The notes under the pieces were generated by a model. The model was not told the DNA's origin. It did not search any database and worked only from the letters and a program-made list of their open reading frames with translations. A program made the position numbers and the translations under genes. This document shows positions 8,112 to 15,275 of a stretch of 64,000 nucleotides of DNA, in pieces (positions within the stretch are counted from its first letter, which is position 1; each line of letters starts with the position of its first letter). The DNA is taken from positions 32,001 through 96,000 of IMG/VR virus record IMGVR_UViG_3300033145_000192. One strand, 5' to 3'. Origin of the DNA: a virus.

Positions 8112-8549
8112 GTGAGCGAAGCCAGTAAACATAGCGCAATGTCACGAACTAAGCCGAGTGCGCCATTCACATGGCTCGCCAAACATGGAGAACTCGTAGG
8201 ACGAATTTTGGATTACGGATGCGGATACGGCATGGACGTTAAGTCTTTCGGCGTAGAGGGCTACGACCCAAATTGGGACGTTCCTCTTCCAGACGGAGAC
8301 TTCGATACCATCGTATGCAACTACGTCCTGAATGTTGTCGATGAAGACGAGCAGAAAGAAATACTGACACACATTAAATCATTGCTATCAGCCGTAGGTA
8401 GAGCGTTTATTGTCGCAAGACGTGACCTTAAGGTCGAAGGCCAAGATGGACGCAAGGGCTATAAGCAGCGAATGGTCTATCTTCCATTCGAAAAGGTTCA
8501 TCATACTTCTGGATATCAAATCTACAGGATGCATAAACATGACATTTGA
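8112..8549 (+). CDS. Small class I SAM-dependent methyltransferase
   Basis: ILDYGCGYG, YDP, FDTIVCNYVLNV. Confidence 0.85.
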   Translation: MSEASKHSAMSRTKPSAPFTWLAKHGELVGRILDYGCGYGMDVKSFGVEGYDPNWDVPLPDGDFDTIVCNYVLNVVDEDEQKEILTHIKSLLSAVGRAFIVARRDLKVEGQDGRKGYKQRMVYLPFEKVHHTSGYQIYRMHKHDI

Positions 8550-8694
8550 TGAATTCTACGAAGACAATAAAGAGCGACTAACTACACATATGACGCAATC
8601 GAAGTTGCGAGTCGCCTTTGAGGCTGGTGTCGAAGAAGGACTAAAGCAAGCTGAAACTGAAGAGTTGGATAAGCTGAAAAACGGAGAAAATTAA
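8539..8694 (+). CDS. Small hypothetical protein
   Basis: ORF MTFDEFYE... overlapping the upstream stop. Confidence 0.4.
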   Translation: MTFDEFYEDNKERLTTHMTQSKLRVAFEAGVEEGLKQAETEELDKLKNGEN

Positions 8695-8767
8695 CCCGGA
8701 TTGGTGTCAATGGTAGCACGCTTGGCTGTGGACCAGGAGGTGTGAGGTTCAATTCCTCCATCCGGGA
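8695..8767 (+). tRNA. tRNA-His(GTG), with A at -1 and A73
   Basis: cttgg-ctGTGga-ccagg; acceptor cccggat/atccggg. Confidence 0.85.
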
Positions 8768-8779
8768 TAGAGGTGTAAC

Positions 8780-9424
8780 ATGAAAACATATCCGTCAATA
8801 GAGTCTGCAAATTGTGCCAACAAGAGCATAAGCATCATAGCCTTTGACAAGCTAGATGGGTCGAATATCCGTGCCGAATGGAGCGCCAAGCGGGGCTTCT
8901 ACAAATTCGGAACAAGACGAAGGATGATTGACCACACTGACCCTCACCTTGGCCGAGCCGTATTGCTAATCAAAGCTAAGTTCGAGAAAGACTTGGACAA
9001 GGTTTTTCGTCGCGCAAAGCCCATACAACGATTTCAGAAAGGCGCAGTTTGCTTCTTTGAGTTCTTCGGTCCTAGGAGTTTTGCTGGGCAACATGCAAAA
9101 GATGACGAGCACGACATTGTTCTCATTGATGTTGCACCAAACAAGGCTGGACTGATACCTCCAAGAGAGTTCATCAAACTGTTCGGCCATTTGCACATCC
9201 CAGAGATTGTATACGAGGGGCGAGCCGGAAAAGAATTCATTGAGAAAGTTCAGCGTGGCGAGCTTAAAGGCATGACGTTTGAAGGCGTTGTGTGTAAGGC
9301 TCCCAATCCCAATAGGAAAAAGACATCCCAGCCAGTGATGTTCAAGGTAAAGTCTCACGCCTGGCTTGAGCGACTCCGAACATTCTGTGCCGATGACGCA
9401 AAACAGTTTGAGAGATTAGCATGA
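8780..9424 (+). CDS. RNA ligase-like covalent nucleotidyltransferase (Rnl2-type adenylation domain)
   Basis: Motif I DKLDGSN, FFEFFG, motif IV FEGVVCK, motif V FKVKS. Confidence 0.75.
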   Translation: MKTYPSIESANCANKSISIIAFDKLDGSNIRAEWSAKRGFYKFGTRRRMIDHTDPHLGRAVLLIKAKFEKDLDKVFRRAKPIQRFQKGAVCFFEFFGPRSFAGQHAKDDEHDIVLIDVAPNKAGLIPPREFIKLFGHLHIPEIVYEGRAGKEFIEKVQRGELKGMTFEGVVCKAPNPNRKKTSQPVMFKVKSHAWLERLRTFCADDAKQFERLA

Positions 9425-9642
9425 AAGAGAACCCATTGCCGTGTCCGCGTTGTAACTCCAAGATGGAAGAGTTGTCTATCCCAGGAAACATGCGCAGCTT
9501 CCCTTCAGTAGCCTTGGCGTGCATTAGCAAGGATTGTCTTTGGAACATCCAAGTGACATATGACGAACTAGCTGGTAAGCGTCCAGAAGACGTAATGGAG
9601 AAACTGATAAAGCAATGGAATGAAGGCATCAACGCAAAATAG
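9421..9642 (+). CDS. Small Zn-finger protein
   Basis: CPRC...CISKDC. Confidence 0.5.
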   Translation: MKENPLPCPRCNSKMEELSIPGNMRSFPSVALACISKDCLWNIQVTYDELAGKRPEDVMEKLIKQWNEGINAK

Positions 9643-9648
9643 AGACAA

Positions 9649-9722
9649 GTCCACGTAGCCCAATTGGCAGAGGCATCACGCTGAGGGCGTGAAGGTTGGT
9701 GGTTCGAATCCACTCGTGGACA
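9649..9722 (+). tRNA. tRNA-Leu(GAG) with short (class I) variable loop
   Basis: tcacg-ctGAGgg-cgtga; variable loop aggtt; A73. Confidence 0.85.
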
Positions 9723-9831
9723 TAGCAACTAGAAGGTGAACCATGACAACTTTTATCGTTTCGTTTGTGCTATTCTTTGCCGTATATCAAGTTGGATTTT
9801 GGTTCGGCAAGCAGCAGGAAAGATACTATTC

Positions 9832-9904
9832 GGGGGATTAGCTCAGTTGGGAGAGCGTCTGAATGGCATTCAGAAGGCCAAGGGTTCAAGTCCCTTATCC
9901 TCCA
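9832..9904 (+). tRNA. tRNA-Ala(GGC)
   Basis: gggggat/atcctcc including G3:U70; A32-U38 loop. Confidence 0.95.
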
Positions 9905-9921
9905 TTGAGAAAGGACATAGC

Positions 9922-10287
9922 ATGAGAAAAACTAGAGTCGGAGATATGGTTTGGGTCCAAAACGAAGCTAGGACCATAACTCGCTTGTTTCAAAATAAGC
10001 ATGGTGGTGGTATAGTAGAGTGGGAATCCAGACATAACATGGGCGCATGTATGGCGTCAATCTGGCAAGAATGGGTCGATGGAGTTGACCTAGAAGAAAA
10101 CAGAGCACGAGCCGCATGTGTTTGCACAAAGAACTTCATCGTGGAAATAATCCGCCCAACGCGGAGTCACTTCGAAGCTGTTGCTGCAAGGATACCGCTC
10201 AAGGCAGTTACAAAGGCAGAAGCACTTGAGAAGGTGCGGAAAAAGTATCCCAACGAGAAACTAAGAGTCTTCTACGCAAGGCGATAG
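9922..10287 (+). CDS. Hypothetical protein
   Basis: aagga RBS before ATG 9922; the longer call runs through tRNA-Ala. Confidence 0.5.
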   Translation: MRKTRVGDMVWVQNEARTITRLFQNKHGGGIVEWESRHNMGACMASIWQEWVDGVDLEENRARAACVCTKNFIVEIIRPTRSHFEAVAARIPLKAVTKAEALEKVRKKYPNEKLRVFYARR

Positions 10288-10352
10288 GCAGGCTGGAGTC
10301 TGAGGCTATCTCATAAGTAGTCATAAGATGGGTTCAATTCCCATTATCGCTA
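10280..10352 (+). tRNA. tRNA(CAT): elongator Met or Ile2, not initiator
   Basis: Loop ct-CAT-aa; lacks three G-C pairs in the anticodon stem. Confidence 0.75.
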
Positions 10353-10356
10353 TCGA

Positions 10357-10430
10357 GCCCCGGTATTTCTAATTGGCAACGATGCCTGGCTTAGACCCAG
10401 GAGTTGCGGGTTCAAATCCCGCCTGGGGCA
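10357..10430 (+). tRNA. tRNA-Leu(TAG) with short variable loop
   Basis: cctgg-ctTAGac-ccagg; variable loop agtt; A73. Confidence 0.8.
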
Positions 10431-10452
10431 TAACTCACACGGGAAGAGGTGA

Positions 10453-11055
10453 ATGAAACTCGTCGCCTTGTTTATACTATTGATTGCTTTATGTGGTTGT
10501 CATACTCAGCATGACTATATTGCTGGAATGTTACCAAGTAGCATTTGTAATCAACCAGAGCATAGAACAATTGAGACTGTAAAGCGGCACTACTTTGTGC
10601 CAAAGGCGTATGAGAGTATCAGAGACATCCCAGCTTTCTCTGGTCCGAATACGTTGCACTGTCAAGCACTTGGCGTGAATGGATGGACGCATATCGCATC
10701 ATTGTTCACGGGACATTTACCAGGTCGCAGGGTGGTGATAACCAACGATTCGTTTAGTGTTGGGATAACTGGAATCATCCATGAGTATATCCACCAGTTA
10801 GACGATATGGATAGAGACGGGGAGGGTGAATTCTTCGACCACGATGAACTGCCCACCGTTATTTTCCTATTGCGTCGAGACCTAGCCTGGAAGCATCTAC
10901 TAGAGTATGCTGAGGATGGTGCAGACTGGTGGGTAACTGACCTGTTTGGAATAGGCGAGAATTCGGAAATCATCGCATATCTTGCCACGAGAATGACGAC
11001 CAAAGGTGGGCCTGAGTATCTGTGGCGTTTCTTTAGAAAGACACTGAGGCATTAA
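10453..11055 (+). CDS. Putative lipoprotein with HExxH metallopeptidase-like motif
   Basis: Signal/lipobox-like LIALCGC; IIHEYIH. Confidence 0.5.
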   Translation: MKLVALFILLIALCGCHTQHDYIAGMLPSSICNQPEHRTIETVKRHYFVPKAYESIRDIPAFSGPNTLHCQALGVNGWTHIASLFTGHLPGRRVVITNDSFSVGITGIIHEYIHQLDDMDRDGEGEFFDHDELPTVIFLLRRDLAWKHLLEYAEDGADWWVTDLFGIGENSEIIAYLATRMTTKGGPEYLWRFFRKTLRH

Positions 11056-11056
11056 C

Positions 11057-11545
11057 TTGAAGTATGCAAGACACAAAAGTATCTGTCTGATATCAATGTA
11101 TATTGTGGACGTTGATGCGAATATGGTCCTAGACCATCTGTTTGAAACATCTACCTCAATTCCTCCTACGGTCAAAAAGAAGGATATGATTATTGAGGAA
11201 GAGGAAGTATGTCGCCTAGACCCAGGTGGAATGCTATTCCTCGATGACCCATGGTTCCAGTTTGAGATTGAAGAACACAAGTTCGAAGTTCAACTTTCAA
11301 AGATAGGATGGGTTGTCAACAAGGTGGAAAGAGCCAAGGAGCGTATACCTGGCTGTATGCGTATTGGCATGTGGATGTGGAACATCATCTGTTCAGTGCA
11401 TCTTAGGACTGCACTCCTAGTGAAACTAAACGAGATGGCCCGTAGCGATGCGGCCCTTCACGCACAAATGGATGACTATGCCCGCAAGGCCGAAATGGAG
11501 AAAACCATTCCGATATTCTTTCCAGAGATACCGAGAGAGAAATAA
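11057..11545 (+). CDS. Hypothetical protein
   Basis: 162-aa ORF; start uncertain. Confidence 0.5.
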   Translation: MKYARHKSICLISMYIVDVDANMVLDHLFETSTSIPPTVKKKDMIIEEEEVCRLDPGGMLFLDDPWFQFEIEEHKFEVQLSKIGWVVNKVERAKERIPGCMRIGMWMWNIICSVHLRTALLVKLNEMARSDAALHAQMDDYARKAEMEKTIPIFFPEIPREK

Positions 11546-11617
11546 TCCGACATAGCTCAATGGTAGAGTAGGTGGCTGTTAACCACTTGGTTCTAGGTTC
11601 GAGTCCTAGTGTCGGAG
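11546..11617 (+). tRNA. tRNA-Asn(GTT)
   Basis: tccgaca/tgtcgga; ct-GTT-aa. Confidence 0.95.
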
Positions 11618-11633
11618 TTAAAGGAGTGAGGAC

Positions 11634-11843
11634 ATGCCAACGTATGACTATCGGTGTAGACACTGCCAGTTTGAATTTGATAACTTTCAGTCAATGACAT
11701 CGGAACCACTACGAACATGTCCAAACTGCAACCTAGAGATGCTTGAGCGGAAGATAGGACCAGGTGGGGCCTTCATATTTAGGGGGCCTGGGTTCTACTG
11801 TAACGACTACAAGAAAAAGAAGCGAGAGAAGAATGAACCCTGA
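11634..11843 (+). CDS. FmdB-family zinc-ribbon protein
   Basis: MPTYDYRCxxC...CPNC...IFRGPGFYCNDY. Confidence 0.9.
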   Translation: MPTYDYRCRHCQFEFDNFQSMTSEPLRTCPNCNLEMLERKIGPGGAFIFRGPGFYCNDYKKKKREKNEP

Positions 11844-12186
11844 GCAAGAACTTTCACTATTCAATGGTGTCATAAAGCTACTCGGCACATACTCTCACCC
11901 AAGAGATGTCATAAAGAGATTAGCATACTTCTATAAGGAAGAAACAGTGTTGTATGAGCAAGACCTCAGAATTAAGAGGCTTGTCGATGCAATGGATAGC
12001 GCGGTCAAAGAGTGGGATGTTCCACTCGGTTGTCCATCAATACGCAAAGTTGACCTAACAGAACAAGAGAAGAAGCTGATTCGCGGCAGCAAGTTCATTG
12101 CAGCTATCAAGCTGGTTCGTCAGAGAACTGGCTTCAATCTCAAAGACTCCAAGATGATAGTAGACAACTATCGCTTTGGCAGATAG
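11833..12186 (+). CDS. Protein with C-terminal ribosomal L7/L12-CTD-like motif
   Basis: KFIAAIKLVRQRTGFNLKDSKMIVD. Confidence 0.6.
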   Translation: MNPEQELSLFNGVIKLLGTYSHPRDVIKRLAYFYKEETVLYEQDLRIKRLVDAMDSAVKEWDVPLGCPSIRKVDLTEQEKKLIRGSKFIAAIKLVRQRTGFNLKDSKMIVDNYRFGR

Positions 12187-12191
12187 TCACC

Positions 12192-12275
12192 GGGCCGGTG
12201 GCGGAATTGGCAGACGCGCAGGGTTTAGGACCCTGTTCCCTTCGGGGAGTGAGGGTTCGAGTCCCTCTCGGCCCA
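12192..12275 (+). tRNA. tRNA-Leu(TAG), canonical class II
   Basis: ggtggcggaattggcagacgcg; long variable arm. Confidence 0.95.
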
Positions 12276-12288
12276 TAAGGAGAATGAT

Positions 12289-12474
12289 ATGAAGTATGCG
12301 AATGAAATCAAGTTCACAATTGCATTCCTGGTATTTGGCGTATTGTTCGCTATTGCCTGCGGAGTAGTAGGAACACTTTTGCCAGCCAGTCCAATTCAAA
12401 TCGCATTGGGCATCATAGCTGCGGCATTGGGACTACCTGGCCTAATCGGCACACTCGTTTGTCTGATGGGCTAG
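12289..12474 (+). CDS. Small two-TM membrane protein
   Basis: aaggag RBS; two hydrophobic helices. Confidence 0.55.
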   Translation: MKYANEIKFTIAFLVFGVLFAIACGVVGTLLPASPIQIALGIIAAALGLPGLIGTLVCLMG

Positions 12475-12500
12475 GCTGCAAGAACAAATAAATTCAGCCC

Positions 12501-12528
12501 TTGAATGTCAGGGGCATCGACCTATAAT
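12501..12528 (+). promoter_or_regulatory. Sigma70-like promoter TTGAAT-N16-TATAAT
   Basis: 48 nt upstream of ATG 12577; gaggagagg RBS follows. Confidence 0.65.
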
Positions 12529-12576
12529 CTGATGGACAGGACAAAAAATTCCCCACAGGGGAGGAGAGGTATTGTT

Positions 12577-13320
12577 ATGACGAAGAAGGAAACCAAGCTC
12601 AACCAGGTTCTCGCAATCGAAAAGGGCGTCAAGGCACGCACCAGCGGAACTGTCACCAAGCTCTATCACATGGTCCAGAAGCCAGTTTTGCTGGTCGGAC
12701 TAGCGAAGAACTATCAGCCTCTAAACGAGGATGGCCAGCACTATCCACCTGAGCGTCAGAGGGTTCAGGTCAGGGCAGAGGATACTCTCAAGGATACCCG
12801 AAAGGCTCTTGCAGAGTTGTTTGATATCACAGCCAGGAAGGACTGGGCAAACTGTGAGGCTAGGGCTGCGGTCGTGGTCAATGGCCAGGAGCTTGTTTCC
12901 AACGTCCCAGTAACGTATCTGCTCTTCCTCGAAAAGCAGCTTACCGACCTTCGCACCCTAGTCTCCAAGATTCCGGTCTTGGATGGTTCCGAGGAATGGA
13001 AGATGGACCTGGCAACAGGGCTCCATAAGACAGACCCAACCAAGACTACTAGGACTCAAAAGGTCCAGAAGCCAATCGTCCTTTATGATGCGACCGAGGA
13101 GCATCCAGCACAAACTCAGCTAATCACTGAGGACATTGTTGTAGGACATTGGACCACGGTGAAGCAGTCAGGTGCGCTACAGGCCGACCGAAAGGTTGAT
13201 GTGCTTGAGCGTATTGAGACTCTGCTAGAGGCAGTCAAGTTTGCCCGTGAAACGGCGAACAGCAATGATGCGCCAAAGCAGCAGGTTGCTGACGCTTTGT
13301 TCGGATACATCTTGGGCTAA
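12577..13320 (+). CDS. Conserved uncharacterised 247-aa protein (recalled as DUF7873-like), directly upstream of the permuted tRNA-like RNA
   Basis: KLNQVLAIEKG, LFDITARKDWANCEARA, VPVTYLLFLEKQLTDL, EATEEHPAQ, AVKFARETAN; family label from memory. Confidence 0.7.
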   Translation: MTKKETKLNQVLAIEKGVKARTSGTVTKLYHMVQKPVLLVGLAKNYQPLNEDGQHYPPERQRVQVRAEDTLKDTRKALAELFDITARKDWANCEARAAVVVNGQELVSNVPVTYLLFLEKQLTDLRTLVSKIPVLDGSEEWKMDLATGLHKTDPTKTTRTQKVQKPIVLYDATEEHPAQTQLITEDIVVGHWTTVKQSGALQADRKVDVLERIETLLEAVKFARETANSNDAPKQQVADALFGYILG

Positions 13321-13403
13321 GGCTCAAGTAAGGCTCGGTCGTCTAAATAAAAAGACTCCCCTCATAGGGAGGGGCAATGTAGGTGAAAGTCCTACCTGAG
13401 TCA
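13321..13403 (+). ncRNA. Degenerate class-II-tRNA-like cloverleaf abutting the CDS stop
   Basis: ggctca/tgagtc closing stem; gtct/agac arm; cccctc/gagggg arm; gtagg-tgaaagt-cctac T-loop arm. Confidence 0.45.
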
Positions 13404-13405
13404 TA

Positions 13406-13572
13406 AGGATAACAGACTGAATCTTAGATTTAGACTGAATGGCGATATGTCATTGGAGGTTCGAATCCTTCCCTGCCCAATACGTGGGCGGGTTCCCAAA
13501 CTGGCAAAGGGAACGGCGGTAACTAACCCGTCGTTGACAAAATATCGTGCTTTAGACTTAGCTTATTATCCT
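13406..13572 (+). ncRNA. Circularly permuted tRNA-like module 1 (break in the variable arm)
   Basis: Order T-arm 13455-71, acceptor 13472-79/13485-92 closed by atacg, D-arm 13493-513, hairpin 13514-33; enclosed by cgatat/atatcg and aggataa/ttatcct. Confidence 0.75.
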
Positions 13573-13573
13573 A

Positions 13574-13817
13574 AGTTGAGTATCGCAGGAGGTAGCTATA
13601 TCAAATGTAACTGACAAACCAAGCCTGAGACACGGGTTCGAATCCCGTCTGGTCGATTGGACTGACAGCTTGTCTGTCGGACTGAACAGTGAGTAAGGGG
13701 AAACACACAAAACTTCCTATAACGACCGGTAGCTTAGTGGCAAAGCGTAGGTTTTCAGATTAACGCAGTTACTTAAACGTCGATAGTTACGTAATGTGCC
13801 TGTAACCAATATTGACT
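13574..13817 (+). ncRNA. Circularly permuted tRNA-like module 2 (break in the anticodon arm, YrlA-like topology)
   Basis: T-arm 13632-48, acceptor 13649-55/13723-29 with 67-nt insert, D-arm ta-gctt-agtggca-aagc-g, gcctg/taggt, then rod gtaactg/cagttac, gtagctat/atagttac, gcagg/cctgt, agtat/atatt. Confidence 0.75.
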
Positions 13818-13874
13818 AACATCATAATTGTTAAAGGGGGCGGCGAACACGGTTAGGTTTCTCGCCCCCATTTC

Positions 13875-13946
13875 GACCTTATCGTCCAACGGATAGGACA
13901 GGAGTTTCCTAAACTTCAAATCTGGGTTCGAATCCCAGTAGGGTCA
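13875..13946 (+). tRNA. tRNA-Arg(CCT)
   Basis: ggagt-ttCCTaa-acttc. Confidence 0.9.
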
Positions 13947-14016
13947 TTTCAAAACTAGCTGATTGAAACCATTTGTCCTAGGCAACATTTGGAAGTAGAT
14001 GTTACGGTTTGGGAGT

Positions 14017-14087
14017 AGGGTCGTAGTGTAATAGCAACATACCCGTCGTTGAGGCGGGAGATGCGGGTGCAACTCCCGTCGAGTCTG
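14017..14087 (+). tRNA. Atypical tRNA, Gln(TTG)-like, with G33 or a 5-nt loop and an acceptor mismatch
   Basis: cccgtc-gttga-ggcggg arm; T-loop tgcaact; G-G mismatch in the acceptor. Confidence 0.55.
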
Positions 14088-14249
14088 TAGGAGTAATCAT
14101 GGCAATTGATATTGAGCACTGGTTTAAGAAAGTAAAGAGGTCTAAGGGACACCACGTAAGCAGAATGCAAGTTCCCCCAAATACAATGCAAGAACTCCTA
14201 GAAGAACTAAAAGCACTGAGACCGGCACCAAAGCCAGTGGAAGAAGAGT

Positions 14250-14558
14250 ATGAAGAAGACGACACCTAAGCTCTATACGGGCTTTAGAGAAAACGAAAGA
14301 ATCTATAGGCATGTCTGTGACGAATCGAAGGCCGCAGGGGCACAGAGGAATCACAGAAACGAGTCTCGCGTAATGCTTGGGCCATTTGGTCTTGGTGTCC
14401 TCAATATGGACATTGATGCTGATTGGGCTGGAGACCAAAAGAACAAAAGCATCTATCTCCCAGGAGCAACATGTTGCCCTTATTGTGGAATAGACATTGC
14501 GAACCTATTGAAACAGGCGAATGAGGCGGCAAGACACGCCTCGACATTGCCCCATTAG
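14250..14558 (+). CDS. Hypothetical protein with CxxC
   Basis: 102 aa; CCPYCG. Confidence 0.5.
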   Translation: MKKTTPKLYTGFRENERIYRHVCDESKAAGAQRNHRNESRVMLGPFGLGVLNMDIDADWAGDQKNKSIYLPGATCCPYCGIDIANLLKQANEAARHASTLPH

Positions 14559-14619
14559 CTCAATGGTAGAGCTTATCCTTGGTATGGATATGAACAGGGT
14601 TCGATTCCCTGATGGGGCT
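14549..14619 (+). tRNA. tRNA-Thr(GGT)
   Basis: tatcc-ttGGTat-ggata. Confidence 0.9.
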
Positions 14620-14630
14620 TGAGGTGAACC

Positions 14631-15275
14631 ATGGACACGAGATTCAGAAGATTGCAAAGAAGCCACGCACAAGAACCCAGTGATATTCAAACACACGCGA
14701 GGCTTCTCTCATCTGCGATTCGCTCAGGATTTTTGAATTTTCATCACGTCCTCCTCTGCGCTTTTTTGGGGCACCACGCGGCACGGCTCACGATGATAAA
14801 TGAGGCGAAGCATGACGGGGTCATCTATAACGGCAAGAAGATTCCGAACATGGAAATTACGCACTTGATAGGTAACATTCCTCAATGGGGAAGAGAACCT
14901 GCAAGGAGAGCGGGCCTTGCTGTCACGAGAATGTGCATAGAACACCTAAAATCGGTCGGCCAAACTGGCTCGTTCTACACCCTGGCGATACAAGGAGCCG
15001 ATGAAGCAGAGCGCGTAATCAAACACGATACTCCAGACAAAGAGCTATGGGCAATAATCCGCCGCATTCAAGGCCAGCGGGCCAGCCCTATGCCTACTAG
15101 GAGAGAGAAGGTGGGTGCGTGTGAACGCATGATAGCGAACTTTCTCATTGATTGTGCCGCATCAGGAAAACACACTGGACTACTAAAGGCATCGACTGCC
15201 TGGTTTGATGATAACAAACTTGAGGCAGCGGTAAGAGCAGAGCTATATCCATGGGCTCTAGGAGAATACATATGA
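14631..15275 (+). CDS. Hypothetical protein
   Basis: gaggtg RBS; 214 aa. Confidence 0.65.
   Translation: MDTRFRRLQRSHAQEPSDIQTHARLLSSAIRSGFLNFHHVLLCAFLGHHAARLTMINEAKHDGVIYNGKKIPNMEITHLIGNIPQWGREPARRAGLAVTRMCIEHLKSVGQTGSFYTLAIQGADEAERVIKHDTPDKELWAIIRRIQGQRASPMPTRREKVGACERMIANFLIDCAASGKHTGLLKASTAWFDDNKLEAAVRAELYPWALGEYI

Noticed and set aside
13377-13396. Cobalamin riboswitch (GGTGAAAGTCC hairpin)
   Set aside because: Only the T-loop hairpin matches; the B12 box and other elements are absent, and it lies 3' of a CDS
13514-13533. Evidence for an alternative genetic code from a CTA-containing loop
   Set aside because: TAG, TGA and TAA all terminate well-conserved genes at their expected ends, and no canonical suppressor tRNA was found
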